A DNA stretch of 64,000 nucleotides. Origin: Octopus sinensis. Taxonomy: Eukaryota. Shown here one piece after another: positions 38,591 to 51,814 of the stretch. The translations under genes and the position numbers were made by a program. The notes under the pieces were generated by a model. It searched no databases. It worked only from the letters and a program-made list of their open reading frames with translations, and was not told where the DNA came from. Position 1 is the first letter of the stretch. Every line of letters starts with the position of its first letter. The DNA lies in contig NC_043008.1 of assembly GCF_006345805.1 (NCBI RefSeq), forward strand, positions 46,438,001 through 46,502,000. The letters are read 5' to 3'.

Positions 38591-39737
38591 GAATATATAT
38601 ATACAATATAATTAACATGTGATAATAGAACAGAGCATGTTTACAGTTCTGTTTCCATGTAACATTATACACACCCTCGTGTTTTTTCTATAAATTGCAA
38701 TTGGAACCTCTGGCTAAATATTACGAGTCTGTGTCCTCTCCTTTAGACCTGAAGGTAAATATTATGTATAGCAACAGAAGAAGCGTTCCATAGACAATGG
38801 AAAACGAGATATGTAAATGTGTATAATCAATGCTGATACTCACAGAATGATGGCGAACACGCAGGGATGTGAGTGCGTGTGTGTAATTATATTTGATCCA
38901 TTTATCTACCAATTCTTCATATACCTCGACGGCTGAAACGTTGTCTGTCATGAGAGCTGGTAATTACCAGTTATGTCGAGCATAAATAGACATCTCATTT
39001 TTATTCAGCGTTGTGTCGAGAGCAAAATTAGAGAAACTGGGAATAACTGAGATCAATAGATATTTTTTTTCTTATAATAATCAGTATAAAATCGTTATGG
39101 ACTGTAAACAACAATTCTCCAAATAATCTAATGGTATTCCTTGTAATAAGATATGAGGTTTCCATATCATATGTTAAAAAATAGAATTATGTGATAAAGA
39201 GTAATATTTTGTTTTCTAAATATTGTTTAACAGACTAAAATTTAAATGGAATATATAGACATAAATGCGCACACATATTCGAACGAATATATCTTTTCAC
39301 AAACGTATATAAATATTCGTTCACATACATTACACACACACACACACACACACACATAATCTGAATGGTTCGATAACAGATCTAGACTGTTGTTTCCATA
39401 CGCTTATACTAGACAAACATCAAACAACGACATTTAGGATAGAAAACTGAAAAATACTTTCAATTTAAGTATATTTATAATTTTTGCAATTCACAATAAC
39501 ATTTATGAAAAACTTGCAAGTGAAAGTTCATTTTCGTGCTTTTCAAATAATTTGATTTTGTCTGTAAGTGAAAATATTTCTATATTTCCTGTAAAATCTG
39601 ATAAAAGAACTTTCTGACTTAAAGAATGATTATAATACTTATGAGGATAGCTTCTCATTTAGTCAGCTTATTCTTAGCAGAATCGACAGTGATAGAAACT
39701 CGACGAATATTGCCTTCAAATGTTGGCATCAGAACAG

Positions 39738-39930
39738 CAATTGTCCGGGTGGTGGGGGTGCGTAAGTCGATTAGATCGACGACCCCGGTGGTACTCAATT
39801 GGTATTTATTTTATCGGATCCAATGAGGAACAGCAAAGTCGACCTCGGCAGAATTTCAATTCAGTGCGTAAAGACGGACAAAATGCCGCAAAGCTTTTTT
39901 TCCGGCGTGTTGGCTATTCTGCCAGGGCCC
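39738..39930 (-). mobile_element. SINE family B, diverged
   Basis: GTAAGTCGATTAGATCGAC..CAAAGTCGACCTCGGCAGAATTT..GACGGACAAAATGCCG..TATTCTGCCAG. Confidence 0.85.
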
Positions 39931-39945
39931 CAATTTAAACTCAAA

Positions 39946-40312
39946 TACTACTACTACTACTACTACTACTACTTGATGAAACTCACAGCATATGTTGCTG
40001 AGTATGATGAAAAACGTCAGCTGTCCATAGCCAATAGACTAAGGTGACACTTGTTTACAAGTCGTGCTTCAAAAACCCTGCGAAGTATTCTTGCGGTTCC
40101 ATTCAAAGCTGATTTTTGTCGATGTTCTAACTTAACACATATATCAATCTTCTCGACCCATGGTGGTAAATGTGTGCTGATATTTCCAACTGCACCAAAT
40201 ACAATTGACACCACGTCTGCTCTTGTCGTTGACCACAACCTTCATATTTCCCACTTCAAATAATTATAGTTGTTCAGTTTTCCTTATTTCGCTTTGATTC
40301 TGGTTATCCTTA
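39946..40312 (-). mobile_element. Dong/R4-type LINE 3' fragment
   Basis: YLKWEI*RLWST..VVSIVFGAVG..QKSALNGTARILRRVFE; (AGT)n tail at 39946-39971. Confidence 0.82.
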
Positions 40313-40314
40313 TA

Positions 40315-40862
40315 ATCATTATTAAGTGAGAGAGCAGTGCATACCATCAAATTACCACTGGCGGAGATATATGAAGCCCGGAATACTCATGAGGACTACC
40401 TGTCAAATAAGTGTACGTGCGTCACAAGCATATGTGCGTGACATGGTGATCTCATATCAAGATAAACAACATATGACCTTGAAGGTGGAGCCCAGTTAGA
40501 ATTTTCTGCATGTTGAGTAGCCCATCCACTCAAAAGGTCCCTGAGCAAGGGTTGTTTAAGGATGTTGAACGAAACACACATGTTTCCAGAGGTGAAATTG
40601 CCAAACCCCAAAGAATTTCTCAATACATGGCTATGATGCTACCCCACTACTTCTGCTCGTGATCGGAGATGCACATATCACCAGCCACCAAGGGACATGG
40701 TCAACTGATTAAGGTCAAACAACTGACAAGCAAATCTGTGGTATTGAGCAGAATATTTGCTGTAGCCCATCTTTTATACCAAGACAAGACAATTTACATG
40801 ATAACACTTCCGATCAGTTAAGATCAGAAGACATGAGAGCCACTACCTGGTAATGCATCAGG
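40315..40862 (-). mobile_element. 550-bp retroposon segment, second full copy
   Basis: Reverse complement of 19603-20146; both ends lie in ATT/TTA-rich tracts. Confidence 0.85.
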
Positions 40863-40864
40863 AC

Positions 40865-41385
40865 ATTTATTATCGTTATTATCATTAATACTATCATTAT
40901 TTATGGGTTTTTCTTCTTCTTTCAAATTTGCTTCCATTTCTTGCCGAGTGTCTTCCCGACTCCTAGGGCAAAGAAACTCATAGTATACATTAAACTAAAC
41001 TCACTTTTTTTTTTATAGAAATAAAGTTAAATTAAAATACATGGGTAGTAATAGTTCTCACATCGACAATGCTCTTCTCAATACGTGTGATGTACCAGTT
41101 AAAACAATCTTTTGCACTTCTTGCAGGGATGGTAAGCCAGGCATCATTCTCATATAATTTTCGGTTCCCTTCTTGATCATTCCTAGTGCTCCTACGATCA
41201 CTGGTATTGTAACCGCCTTGAGATACCACTTTTTCTCAATTTCAATGATCAGGTCTTTATATTTTCTGAGCTTGTCAAATTCTTTCGCCGAGATATCATA
41301 ATCACAGGGGATGCTCATGTCGATCAATAAGCAAACTTTATTGCTTTGGTCTTTCACAACAATATCCGGTTTATTGGCTTTGATT
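40865..41385 (-). mobile_element. Dong/R4-type LINE 3' fragment with intact-looking restriction-like endonuclease segment (41058-41385)
   Basis: KANKPDIVVKD..VCLLIDMSIP.D..I..KE..KL.KYKDL.IEI..W...TIPVIVGALG..QKIVLTGTSHVLRRALSM* (PD..D..K/E RLE pattern). Confidence 0.92.
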
Positions 41386-41404
41386 ATTATTATTATTATT
41401 ATTA

Positions 41405-41869
41405 TTCTGTTTGATTTTTGCTTTATGTCTGTACAAGTTGGCTCCAGGTCTCACCCAGAGACCTCAAGAGACAACAGGTTGGAAGTTCTGTGCCATATAT
41501 TTGGGTTTTTTTTTTTTTTGGTGTTGTACTAGTGAATGTCTAATACATAAAAATAATTAAATAAATAAATAACTAAATAAATAAAAAAGTTTGTTTTAAA
41601 CCTTGGGATTACATAGAGAGTATTTTGCGTAGGGTATGAGCAGTTCCCATGAGCACTATCTTTTGAATTTCTGCCATTTTGGGGTTTCCTGGTATCTGAG
41701 TTAGGTAGCAATCAGTCCCTTTCGCTATCATTCCCAGGGCACATATGACAACAGGTATTGTTTTAGTCTTCAGCTTCCACATTTTGCTGATTTTTATTTC
41801 AAGATCTTTATATTTGCTCAGTTTTTGGTAGGTCTTGACAGATACGTTTATATCGAATTGGGACAGTCA

Positions 41870-41870
<1 letters not shown>
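41405..41870 (-). mobile_element. Dong/R4-type LINE 3' fragment (different subfamily 3' UTR)
   Basis: MTVP..NVSVKTYQKLSKYKDLEIKISKMWKLKTKTIPVVICALG..QKIVLMGTAHTLRKILSM* (stop 41609-41611); (AAT)n tail. Confidence 0.9.
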
Positions 41871-41929
<59 letters not shown>

Positions 41930-42077
41930 CATTATTATTATCATTATTATTATTATTATTATTATCATCATTATTATTATATTATTATTATTATTATTAT
42001 TATTATTATCATTATTATATTATTATTATATTATATTATTATTATTATCATCATTATTATTATTATTATTATTATTA

Positions 42078-42110
<33 letters not shown>
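41871..42110. repeat. (TTA)n/(TCA)n trinucleotide array, about 240 bp
   Basis: Directly visible; source of the poly-Y, poly-I and poly-L pseudo-ORFs. Confidence 0.97.
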
Positions 42111-42111
<1 letters not shown>

Positions 42112-42124
42112 TCGTAACAGAGTG

Positions 42125-42780
42125 TAGGTAAAAATTCACCGGAGTCTTAGTCATTTGTCAAATTACAACAAGTACCTCACACAAATAATACTTTCCTTAA
42201 GATGTGCACTGTGCCCAATAAGGTTGCTTTTTGCAAGACATCAATCTTGCATGGGATTTCCAGTTGCCTTAAGAAGTCTTGAAGTTTCAATGGGATTGAG
42301 CCCAACGCTCTGATCACCACTGGTATCACTTTTACATTACCATCTCGCATTTCATACAGTCTTGACATTTCCACTTTCAATTCGGAGTACTCGGTGGTTC
42401 TTTCAACCTCTTTACTCACCACATTAATGTCATTTGGGATGGCAACATCAATGATCTGACAGTATTTGTCTCTCTTATTCGATATGACAATATTCGACCG
42501 ACGGTGTTTGATTACACGATCCGTCTGAAAATCACAATTCTAGAGTATCGTTACTTTTCCATCCTACTGCAGAAATTTACTTGGTACAGGCTCATACCAG
42601 TTCTCTTTTACTACATATTGGTATTTACGGTATAAGAGCCAATGAATATACGCACACACTTTATTGTGACGGCGCTTGTTGCCTTTCAACCCTTCGGGGC
42701 CGCTGAAATAGGCATCAGTTGAACACTGGGATCGCCGTAATCTCCTTTCCGAAATTATTTTGTCCCAAAAATTCAAACCA
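42125..42780 (-). mobile_element. Dong/R4-type LINE 3' fragment including the zinc-knuckle His region and RLE
   Basis: KRRHNKVCAYIHW..WYEPVP; DFQTDRVIKHRR.NIV; CQIIDVAIPND; YSELKVE; VIPVVIRALG; LQKATLLGTVHILRKVL. Confidence 0.9.
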
Positions 42781-42806
42781 TTATTATTATTATTAAAGCG
42801 GCGTAA

Positions 42807-42960
42807 GGCGGAAAGCTGACAGAATCATTACAGCACCGGACAAAATGATTAGCGGCATTTCATCCGTCCTTACATTCTGAGTTCAAAGGCCGATCAAATA
42901 AATATCTCTCAAAGGACGATCAAATAAATACGAGTTGCGCAAAGTAAGGTCAATGCAATT
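42807..42960 (+). mobile_element. SINE family B, internally deleted
   Basis: GGCGGAAAGCTGACAGAATCATTA..CCGGACAAAATGATTAGCGGCATTTC..TTCTGAGTTCAAA. Confidence 0.75.
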
Positions 42961-43344
42961 TGAATGTTTGGAAAGAGTTAAGATGTTATTTATGAGCTTT
43001 GGTGTTGCGATTACTTAAGTCACATGAGTATAGTAATGTCTTTCCTGACTTTCAACTATAAAGTGAAATAAATCACAGATACACACGCATAGAAATATAT
43101 ATATATACAGACACACATATATACATACACGCACGCGCCGCACATTTACACACTCACCACAACTGTCGTATGATAAATGGCGATTTAACAGGGAAGAGGG
43201 TTTGCTCCAGAGCGGGGTTGGTACTAATTTCTACTGAGTTGACTCGTACAAGAAGAAATGAAATACTTTGCTGCGCACATTCTATCAAAGAATCTAAGTC
43301 ATAATTAATGACAGTGATCCCATCACGTTAAATATGCTATGTGC

Positions 43345-43530
43345 TTCGATACGTATGTGTGTGTGTGTGTGAGAGTGAGAGAGAGAGAGTGTGTGTATGT
43401 GTGTGTGTTTGTGTGTTTGTGTATGTGTGTGTGTGTATGTGTATGTGTGTATGTGTGTGTTTGTGTGTTTGTGTATGTGTGTGTGTGTATGTGTATGTGT
43501 GTATGTGTGTGTGTGTATGTGTCTGTGACT
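43345..43530. repeat. (TG)n/(GA)n/(TATGTG)n microsatellite
   Basis: Directly visible. Confidence 0.95.
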
Positions 43531-46500
43531 GACTTGATGATTGCGGCTGAATATATGCAGGAAATACAGAGTTTTAACCTCATCATATTTGTTTGAATGT
43601 TTTAATACATAAAAATGAAATTTGATTTACTAGTATCTCAGAAATTTAACAGATTAACGCATACTAAATAGAAATATTATTTCGAAGTATTATGATAATA
43701 AATATCTCTAGATTTCTCTAAATATTTTCATCTAACTAAATTCATGAATTCCTTATTGTTGAATTATTTTCATCTTAAAGTTAACTGTAACTAGATTTGA
43801 AATATCAGAGTAAGTTTTATTTTGAACGTTAAAGCAAATTATTGTGCTAAATAATCGCTTTTGTATAAATTCTGTACAGAATTATTAGCTTAAATTCCAT
43901 TTGAAATATTGTCGTGTTATATATTGAATGGTAAATAAATACATCAACTCAACTAGAAGCAAAAATAACGGAAAGGTAAACATGTTTTCATGTTGATATC
44001 AAACGCAGACAGAAAATGACATGTTAGGTGAACGGTAAAAAATTACTGTGTATGAAGAGAGAGAAAAAAAAAGGATCTCGACGCGAACAGTTTAGACTTT
44101 GTTCGACGGAGGTGGGACTTGATCTTGTGATTCAATAATGCTACTACAGGTGCTGATTGGATACAGGTCATGCTAAACCCGATCAATTTAACATGTATCT
44201 CTACGCACCTGCGTATATGTGTATGCATATAATTGTCTGTGTGTGTGTATGCGTATGTGGGTGAGACAGAGAGTGTGTATGTATGCGTGTGTGTGTGTAT
44301 GAGCATGTGCACGTATGTATGTATGTATGTAATATGTACATATACGTATGCCTCTATGTATCTCTACGCACATGCGTATATGTGTATACATATAAATGTT
44401 TGTGTGTGTGTATGTCTGTGTGTGTGTGTGTTTCTATGTATAGCCTTAAAACGTCTCCAACTTCTCGCCAAAATGTATAACTCTTCACATTAACTCTTTC
44501 ATGTTATGTAAAGAATAAAAAAAAATCAAATAGAATATTCAGCTTAAATCACACGGAAAGGAAATAATTTGTCTCTTCGATTTCCATTTGAGATTAATTC
44601 CGATTTACTGCTTCTACTAAACGACAGCTACTGGGTAACGCGTTAAATATGCCATACCATTTAAATGTTCCACTAAATTAACTTTTGCTCATTTGAGAAA
44701 ATTATCATTATCAATGAGGCTGTAAACATCGTTCACTTTGGCTAGATTATGCGTCCTACTGAAATGGCTTAGGTCTGAAACACAGTTTTGACTCACAGAC
44801 ATCACGATGATATCTCAGGAGGTGACAGTTAATGAGCATTAAAGATATATTTAATTAACAGTTCCATCAGATGTTGTTAGTAAAAATGGTATTTTAATTA
44901 AACCCCTTTAAGATATGATTTAAATACTTTAGTAATCGCAAGTATATGTCTACCTTGGTTTATCACTACATGCGCATAACCTACACTCTAACCGTCTGCT
45001 GATATTTGCTGAATATTCACTTATTAAATTAAATAATTAAACGCATACTTAAATAAATTATTATTTTGAGCCAATCAAATATAGAAATTTGCTAAATCTT
45101 CCTCTCAAGATGGTATGCTCCACTTCGAGCGGCAATTAGCATTCCTTCAGCTTACTCGTTTTCTAAATGTGTAATCAATTTACAGCAGCTTTGCGCTTCT
45201 CGCTAATAAATGAATTAGTAATTCGTTTCCAGTACCGAAATCTAATAGAGTCTGTCATTTTTAAGTATCCATCATTTCACATGTCATTTAGGTTGAAATT
45301 TTTAATCATTTTAAAGAAGTGAAGTGAAAAGAGTGGAACAATCATTTCATTGTGAAATTATATTTAATAGTAGAAAAAACCTTTATAAATATCAGGCAAA
45401 GAAGATATAAAGCCATTTATTGAAATAGTATTAAATGCTAAATATATTTATCAGCTTTCTATCTGCCTACCAGCAAGCGCTGAACTATACTTACACGCAA
45501 ATATATTAAAAAAAGTCTATAATTGAAATGTATCCAATTTAATGTTACACTCACATTCACTTCATCTCTTCTTCTAAATTCTTTCCTCATTCTATTTCCT
45601 CATTTCAGCCTGACCTTCTTTCTTTATATCGTTTCCCCGTGTATCGAAAAAGTGTCATATCTCCATATCTCACACGTACGTGGTCAAGAGAGTATGCACC
45701 ACAATATTGTGTGGTTTATACTTCCGGGTCACCACAGCTCTGCATTTCCATCGCAAACGATTCGAATTTATATTTTATTCTTCTAGTCTATATATGATCA
45801 TTACTCAAATTTGAAATCTTACAATTAAACGTTAGGGATTTCCATAAAAAAACATGGCTACGCGCCAAGGTCAGAAAGAAATAACAACTTTAAAGGAAGG
45901 GAGTGATGATGGATACACCACAACAACTTACTCACAACCAAAATGCCCTGGTAGTATATGCAAGAGTGATGTTTTATGCAGATTTATAATCATAATGTAT
46001 TGTTTAATGCTATATTTTGCGACAAAATAAGAATTCATAAAGGAGGTTAACGTACAGGCGCTAAAAGTAATAAAAAGAAACTCAAATAAGAAACGTACAC
46101 ACAATGATATTCGTTGAGAAACACGCATACACTCTCCTACACAGGACACATTGGGGCACACATGCATGCCAAACTACACACACATATTCATATATAGTTC
46201 GATATAGACATATAGAACAGGTCTAGATTCTGCATATATATGTATGTATATATAGTGAGAACCTATAAATCTTAAAAGCAACAACCGTATAATAACCTAG
46301 ACATTCGGAATATCTCCATAGAAGAAGAAATCACAAGTCTACATTATCTAATCTGATCAAGCAGTTGTATGAGCATTTGTTTTCTTGCCATAACACAATT
46401 GTTTCTTTGCCTCGTGTAACTTAGCATTAGAGCATGACTAACAGATGTTTCACTACTATATCAATAACAGAAAATGTGGTTTTCAAGACGCTGCCTCGTC

Positions 46501-47302
46501 GCTTTACGATATCACGATTTTTTTCTATTCAAATATTTTAGTAGTTTTAAGGTCTTGATATTTTAACGCAGAATTGTTCCTATTCGATCCAAGTACGTAT
46601 ATATATATTAATAATTAAATTTCTGCATATCTGCAGTAGAGGTAAATTGTAAATTTGAAGTGATTATCGAGTGAGGAAAATATAAATTTTGACAACTTGT
46701 TACAATTAAACCCGATAAGTGCAAGAGATAATCCCGAAACAAGATTCCTCTTATTAGCTTCCTTCAGCTTACAAAATCCATAAACAAATTTTCGAAGTAG
46801 TGATAAGTCGTAAAGTACATATTTTAGTGGGAATATTAGAATTCTTGAGAATATATTTCAAGAAAATATTGCAACTCATTCATAAATATTCTCTCTCTCT
46901 CTCTTTCTGTATAATAATGTAAAATTTATCGTTTTAAGTCTTCATACATTTGATAGGTTAACACTAAATTTACTGTATTTTTTTTATGTTGATGCCGTAT
47001 TATTTAGAATAAATTGTATATATAGTGTAGTAATAATGTTGTTTTTAATACTAAAGACACTTCAAATAATTCAACGAATGTTTCTAAGGCCGGATGATTT
47101 ACGGTTAGTCTCGTACAACAGATAAATTACGAATCGCTTTTATGTTGAACGCAAATTATTGATTTTTCTCAAAAGAAACAAATACTTTATTTAACTTTCT
47201 TTCGGCAGCCCAAATGTCTGCTCAACAAAACAAAGTGCTACAGCTGTTCAAACAAATCTGACCCATGCATACAACGAAAGTACACAAGGCACACAAGTGA
47301 AT

Positions 47303-47377
<75 letters not shown>

Positions 47378-48384
47378 CACATACGCCTACTATAATGATT
47401 TAGGAAAGGATAAAAATTACAAGAAAAAACTTCAGAAATAAACAATGACATGTGTGTGCTCTTATCAAACACATCTTATTCAACTAGCGTCAACAACGGT
47501 TATATTGATTTGCATTGATCCAAACTTATCGTGTTCATTACTAATTTCACTTCACCAAAAACACAACAAAGACACCTATGTACAACACGAGAACTCTCCA
47601 CCATTGCTATTATCCTCATTATACTCTGTTCCTGTTGAAGACAGTATTAACGTTACAGCGGTTCCAACTATCACTAAATTGTATATCTACCTTAAAGGAC
47701 AAAGGCTTCATTAACAAAATTACTATTCTTTAATGATTCAAAATGACAGTGGATGTGTTCTAAAAGTAGCCTTGTTGCATTGACAGCAGACCCACAGCGT
47801 ATGATCCAGAGAAAATAAGCCATAAGCATGAACACAGCTATTAAGGCCCAGCCATACGAACCGCTTTGCTGAATACAAAACGAGATTTTCAGCTAAAAAT
47901 TCAATGCTATAACTTGTGCGAGCAAAGGTATGCGTCTGTGCAAGTGTGTGCGAAACTGTAATCACGTGTTGCACACTGGTTATCTCTGATCCTCAGAGCA
48001 CTCTCCAATTATTCTCTCCTTCTGCCGAGAACTTGATTGTCAAATCTTCAAAGTGAAGGAGGATGCAAAGGAGAGCGAAGTGTAACAAAAAAAAACATGC
48101 AGAAAACAAAAATTTATGTAAAAACATAAATCAACAAATGTCAGCGTGTTTGTTGCGGTTTTGTCACATGCAGTTATGTATCCAGTTATTCAACATTTCA
48201 CTCAACATCCACATAATTACCCACGGCGTCTATATATTGAAATGTATATGTATATATATGTATATAAATGTAAATATATATCTCTGTGGATGTATGTATA
48301 TAAGTCTATACATATATACATATATATATTTTATAAATATGTATATGCATGTAAGCATGTATGTGTCTGTGTATATATATATAT

Positions 48385-48560
48385 AAAGTTAATCCAAACA
48401 AGAAAGCACAAAAAAACACAACAACGCGAGAACGTGGAACAAATATAGTATTATTGGACGCTCAGGAAGGAAGGGAAGAAGGAGGATTTAACCTTTCGAG
48501 CGGAGCTCTTCGTCGGAAACATAGGAGAAGGAAAGATCCAGAGAAGGGAAGACAGAGGTC
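48385..48560 (-). mobile_element. Probable Penelope-like terminal repeat, copy 3 of 3, embedded in (TA)n
   Basis: Colinear with 923-1110 from GTTAATCCAAAC to GAAAGATCC; (TA)n on both sides. Confidence 0.55.
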
Positions 48561-48677
<117 letters not shown>

Positions 48678-48766
48678 GTGTCTCCATATATCTTTCAAAT
48701 TCGTTTAGATTTCTTCGTTTGTTTAAATATTCTTGGTCATCATTCAAGTTCCACTCCAATAGTGCG

Positions 48767-48799
<33 letters not shown>

Positions 48800-50554
48800 G
48801 GCAATATGCGCTCCACTTACCTATTCTCGATGTCTCAGTCTCATTTAAAACCACGTTCGTCGTTATTGAAGTCTATTATATTTTCCTGTTTTCACCTGTT
48901 TAGATGTTTGTTATGTTGCTCTACAATTCCTTCTGTTACCATTCATATTTCTGGGCAAATGATCATCTCGACCACCTAATTATATTTAATTAATTAGTAT
49001 ACGGTTTTATATGCATAGCACACACATCTATTCACCAACTCAGATAGTGAACTGCAATCTTCATTAATTTGTCTTTGCATAACTTACTCCACATAGCCAT
49101 ATTCAGTGCTCATTAATTTTTAATAATGGTTTTAAATCTGATGACGTAGATGTAGGGAGCACAATAATAACAAAACTAGTTTGGTTAAAGAACAAAGGAA
49201 TACGTTTAGAAAAGCACGCCCTCTTCATCTCCTGCTCAACCTCAGTTATTATTCTCCCAAAATAAACTTCCGCATCTTCTGGCTCCGTTTGTGGATTAAT
49301 TAAGGCCACATTTCTTATCCTATTTCTTTGTCTCATGTGAGTCGAAAACATCCGTTCGCAGCTATTACTCCTGCCTTCCTATCCCCATCTTCATTTTTGT
49401 GAATTTGTTTTGTAATGTTTACCTGTGATTGCCTGCAACACATTGTTATAGAGCAATACCAAACACTAATGAAGTGCTGAAAACCACAGCGAATATTCAG
49501 TCGAAGTTGATTGGTTGATTCTATCTTACTTTTCTGCCCTCATTTGGATCGCCCGCTTACTTCAGTTCGCATTCACCACACTCGCCTTTCTAATCTTAAG
49601 ATCCTAATTCGGTTTCGTGGCTTCCATTCTTAATATCCTTCTATATTTCACTGAGGTGGTCATGACTCACTTGACAAACAAAATTTCACAAAAACTTGTT
49701 TTAAAACTTATTAACTTACAACGTTTATATATTTTTATTCGTTCCATTTCACATTACTCTACTGGATGGTTTGGCGAAGTCTATTAAGTTTCCAGATACA
49801 TTTCTGCCTTTGTTTGCCTTAAGATTAAATGTTTTCATATGACTATGAGTAAATGCGCGCGCGCGCGTGTGAGTGCGTGTCTGCGCCTGTGTGTACTTTA
49901 CTGTTCCTTTAAGGTAACGTCAATAAAAAAAAAACTATTCCATCCCATGAGAGATAAATATCGTCTAAAATACCAGTATGAACATTAGGTCTACTAATAT
50001 ATTTTTTTACTAAGAAGACACGTGTTATATGTTGTAACCACCCTTGTGTCTCAAAAGAATCTTCAGGCCGTGAGCGCATGCTCGCAGCAAGAAACTATTA
50101 GTCACTCTTACTTTTATACAGTGAACGTTAAATTATATGTATGTGTGTATGTGTGTGTGTCTGTGTGTGTATTAGAATAAATGAGGTATTCAGAAATTCG
50201 CATGGTTTTATATTTACAGATACTTATTTGTATATTACATGTTTTTATACACCATATATCATTTGTCTTATATCATATAAACGCGCTTTCGTCCATTCTA
50301 GTGGAGTTGTCAAATTGAACTCTTTTTATAGTGTTATTGAGTGTGAGGTGGTAGGGAGAGATATAAGATAGTACAAGAGGGGGATGAAGGGGGAGAAAGT
50401 GAGAGAGAGCATGTGTGCGTGTGTGCTTTCTGTCCTTTCTAGAACGTGTCAAATAGAATTTTGTGGAACATATAAATGAACAGCTTGTTCATTTATATAA
50501 AACAGATGTTTTTGGGGTTTTGTTTATAAGAGAACATTGTTTTGTTTTTTTCGA

Positions 50555-51349
50555 GTGACGTTCCAAGATATTGGAGATGGATAGATAGAAATATAGGTAT
50601 GTAGATAGACTGATAGATAGATGGATAGATAGATAGTTAGATAGATGGATAGATAGATAGATAGATAGATAGACAGATAGGTAGATAGATACATAGATAG
50701 ATAGTCATACAAAAAGATGGGTAGAGCGTAAGAGAGAGAGAAGGGGTATCCACCTTCCTTTTCATCATTTACTTACTTAATTATTTTTTTCTTTCCTTTT
50801 ACCATTGTATGGAAATGAGTTTAAGGATGGTGACCTCTTCAAAAAAATAAATAAATAAAAAAACAGGTGTTGAAAAATCAATCAGTAAATAAAATAAGAT
50901 TGTTAATTTGCAAATACTATACTAATGTATTTTCATACAGAACTACACTTTATCAAAAGATTCCCTCCAAAAATGAATGTTTGGAAGGGATATATTCTAA
51001 ACATAACTCAAAGAGGATAAAAAGATAGAAAGGAGGGAAAAGGAAGGAAAAAGAAAAGAAGAAAAGAAGGAAAAAAAGAGGTATAGAAAGACAGGAAAAC
51101 ACTTTCACTGATAACCAAACCACACCTAGCTTTTATTTTTATTTTCTAATTTGTATTTTTATTGTTGTTTTTTTTTTTTTGAGGTGGTCACCATCCTTAA
51201 ACTCATTCCAATACAATGGTAAAAGAAAAATATTTAAATAAGTGGTGAATAGAAAGATGGATACCTCTTCTCTCTCTCTTACTCTTACATCAGTATATCT
51301 GCCTGATTATTTATCTATTTATCTACATATCTATCTATCTATCTATCTG

Positions 51350-51415
<66 letters not shown>

Positions 51416-51472
51416 AGCCTATCTACCTACGTATATTTCAATCTATCCATCTCCAGTACCTTGGAAGCGCAC
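50555..51472. mobile_element. About 920-bp fold-back element: two arms of about 330-370 bp, each containing a (GATA)n tract, with a spacer of about 210 bp
   Basis: TTCCAAG..TGGAGATGGATAGAT..(GATA)n..GTAAGAGAGAGAGAAG.GGTATCCA..TTTTACCATTGTAT..AATGAGTTTAAGGATGGTGACC (50555-50890) is mirrored at 51100-51472. No TSD found. Confidence 0.85.
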
Positions 51473-51559
51473 CCCAAATAAATATGTATTATTTATATTA
51501 TTATATGATCGAACGCCACACATGCTTTTCCAAGAAAGTTTTAACCTATATATATATAT

Positions 51560-51782
51560 TTTTTTTTTTGTACTTGTTTCAGTCATTTGACTGCGGCCAT
51601 GCTGGAGCACCGCCTTTTAGAGTGGTGAAAGAGTACAGCAGGGATCACCACCATCCCCTGCCGGAGCCTCGTGGAGCTTTTAGGTGTTTTCGCTCAATAA
51701 ACACACACAACGCCCGGTCTGGGAATCGAAACCGCGATCCTCCGACCGCAAGTCCGCTGCCCTAACCACTGGGCCATTGTGC

Positions 51783-51785
<3 letters not shown>
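51560..51785 (-). mobile_element. tRNA-derived SINE family C with RTE-type tail
   Basis: Minus-strand head GAGGCACAATGGCCCAGTGGTTAGGGCAGCGGAC..GGTTTCGATTCCCAG (A and B boxes); distinct body; tail identical to SINE A. Confidence 0.88.

Positions 51786-51814
<29 letters not shown>

Noticed and set aside
49103-49351. 82-aa minus-strand ORF (VALINPQTEPEDAEVYFGRII..)
   Set aside because: Protein-like composition, but no acceptor, no recognisable domain and no supporting neighbours.
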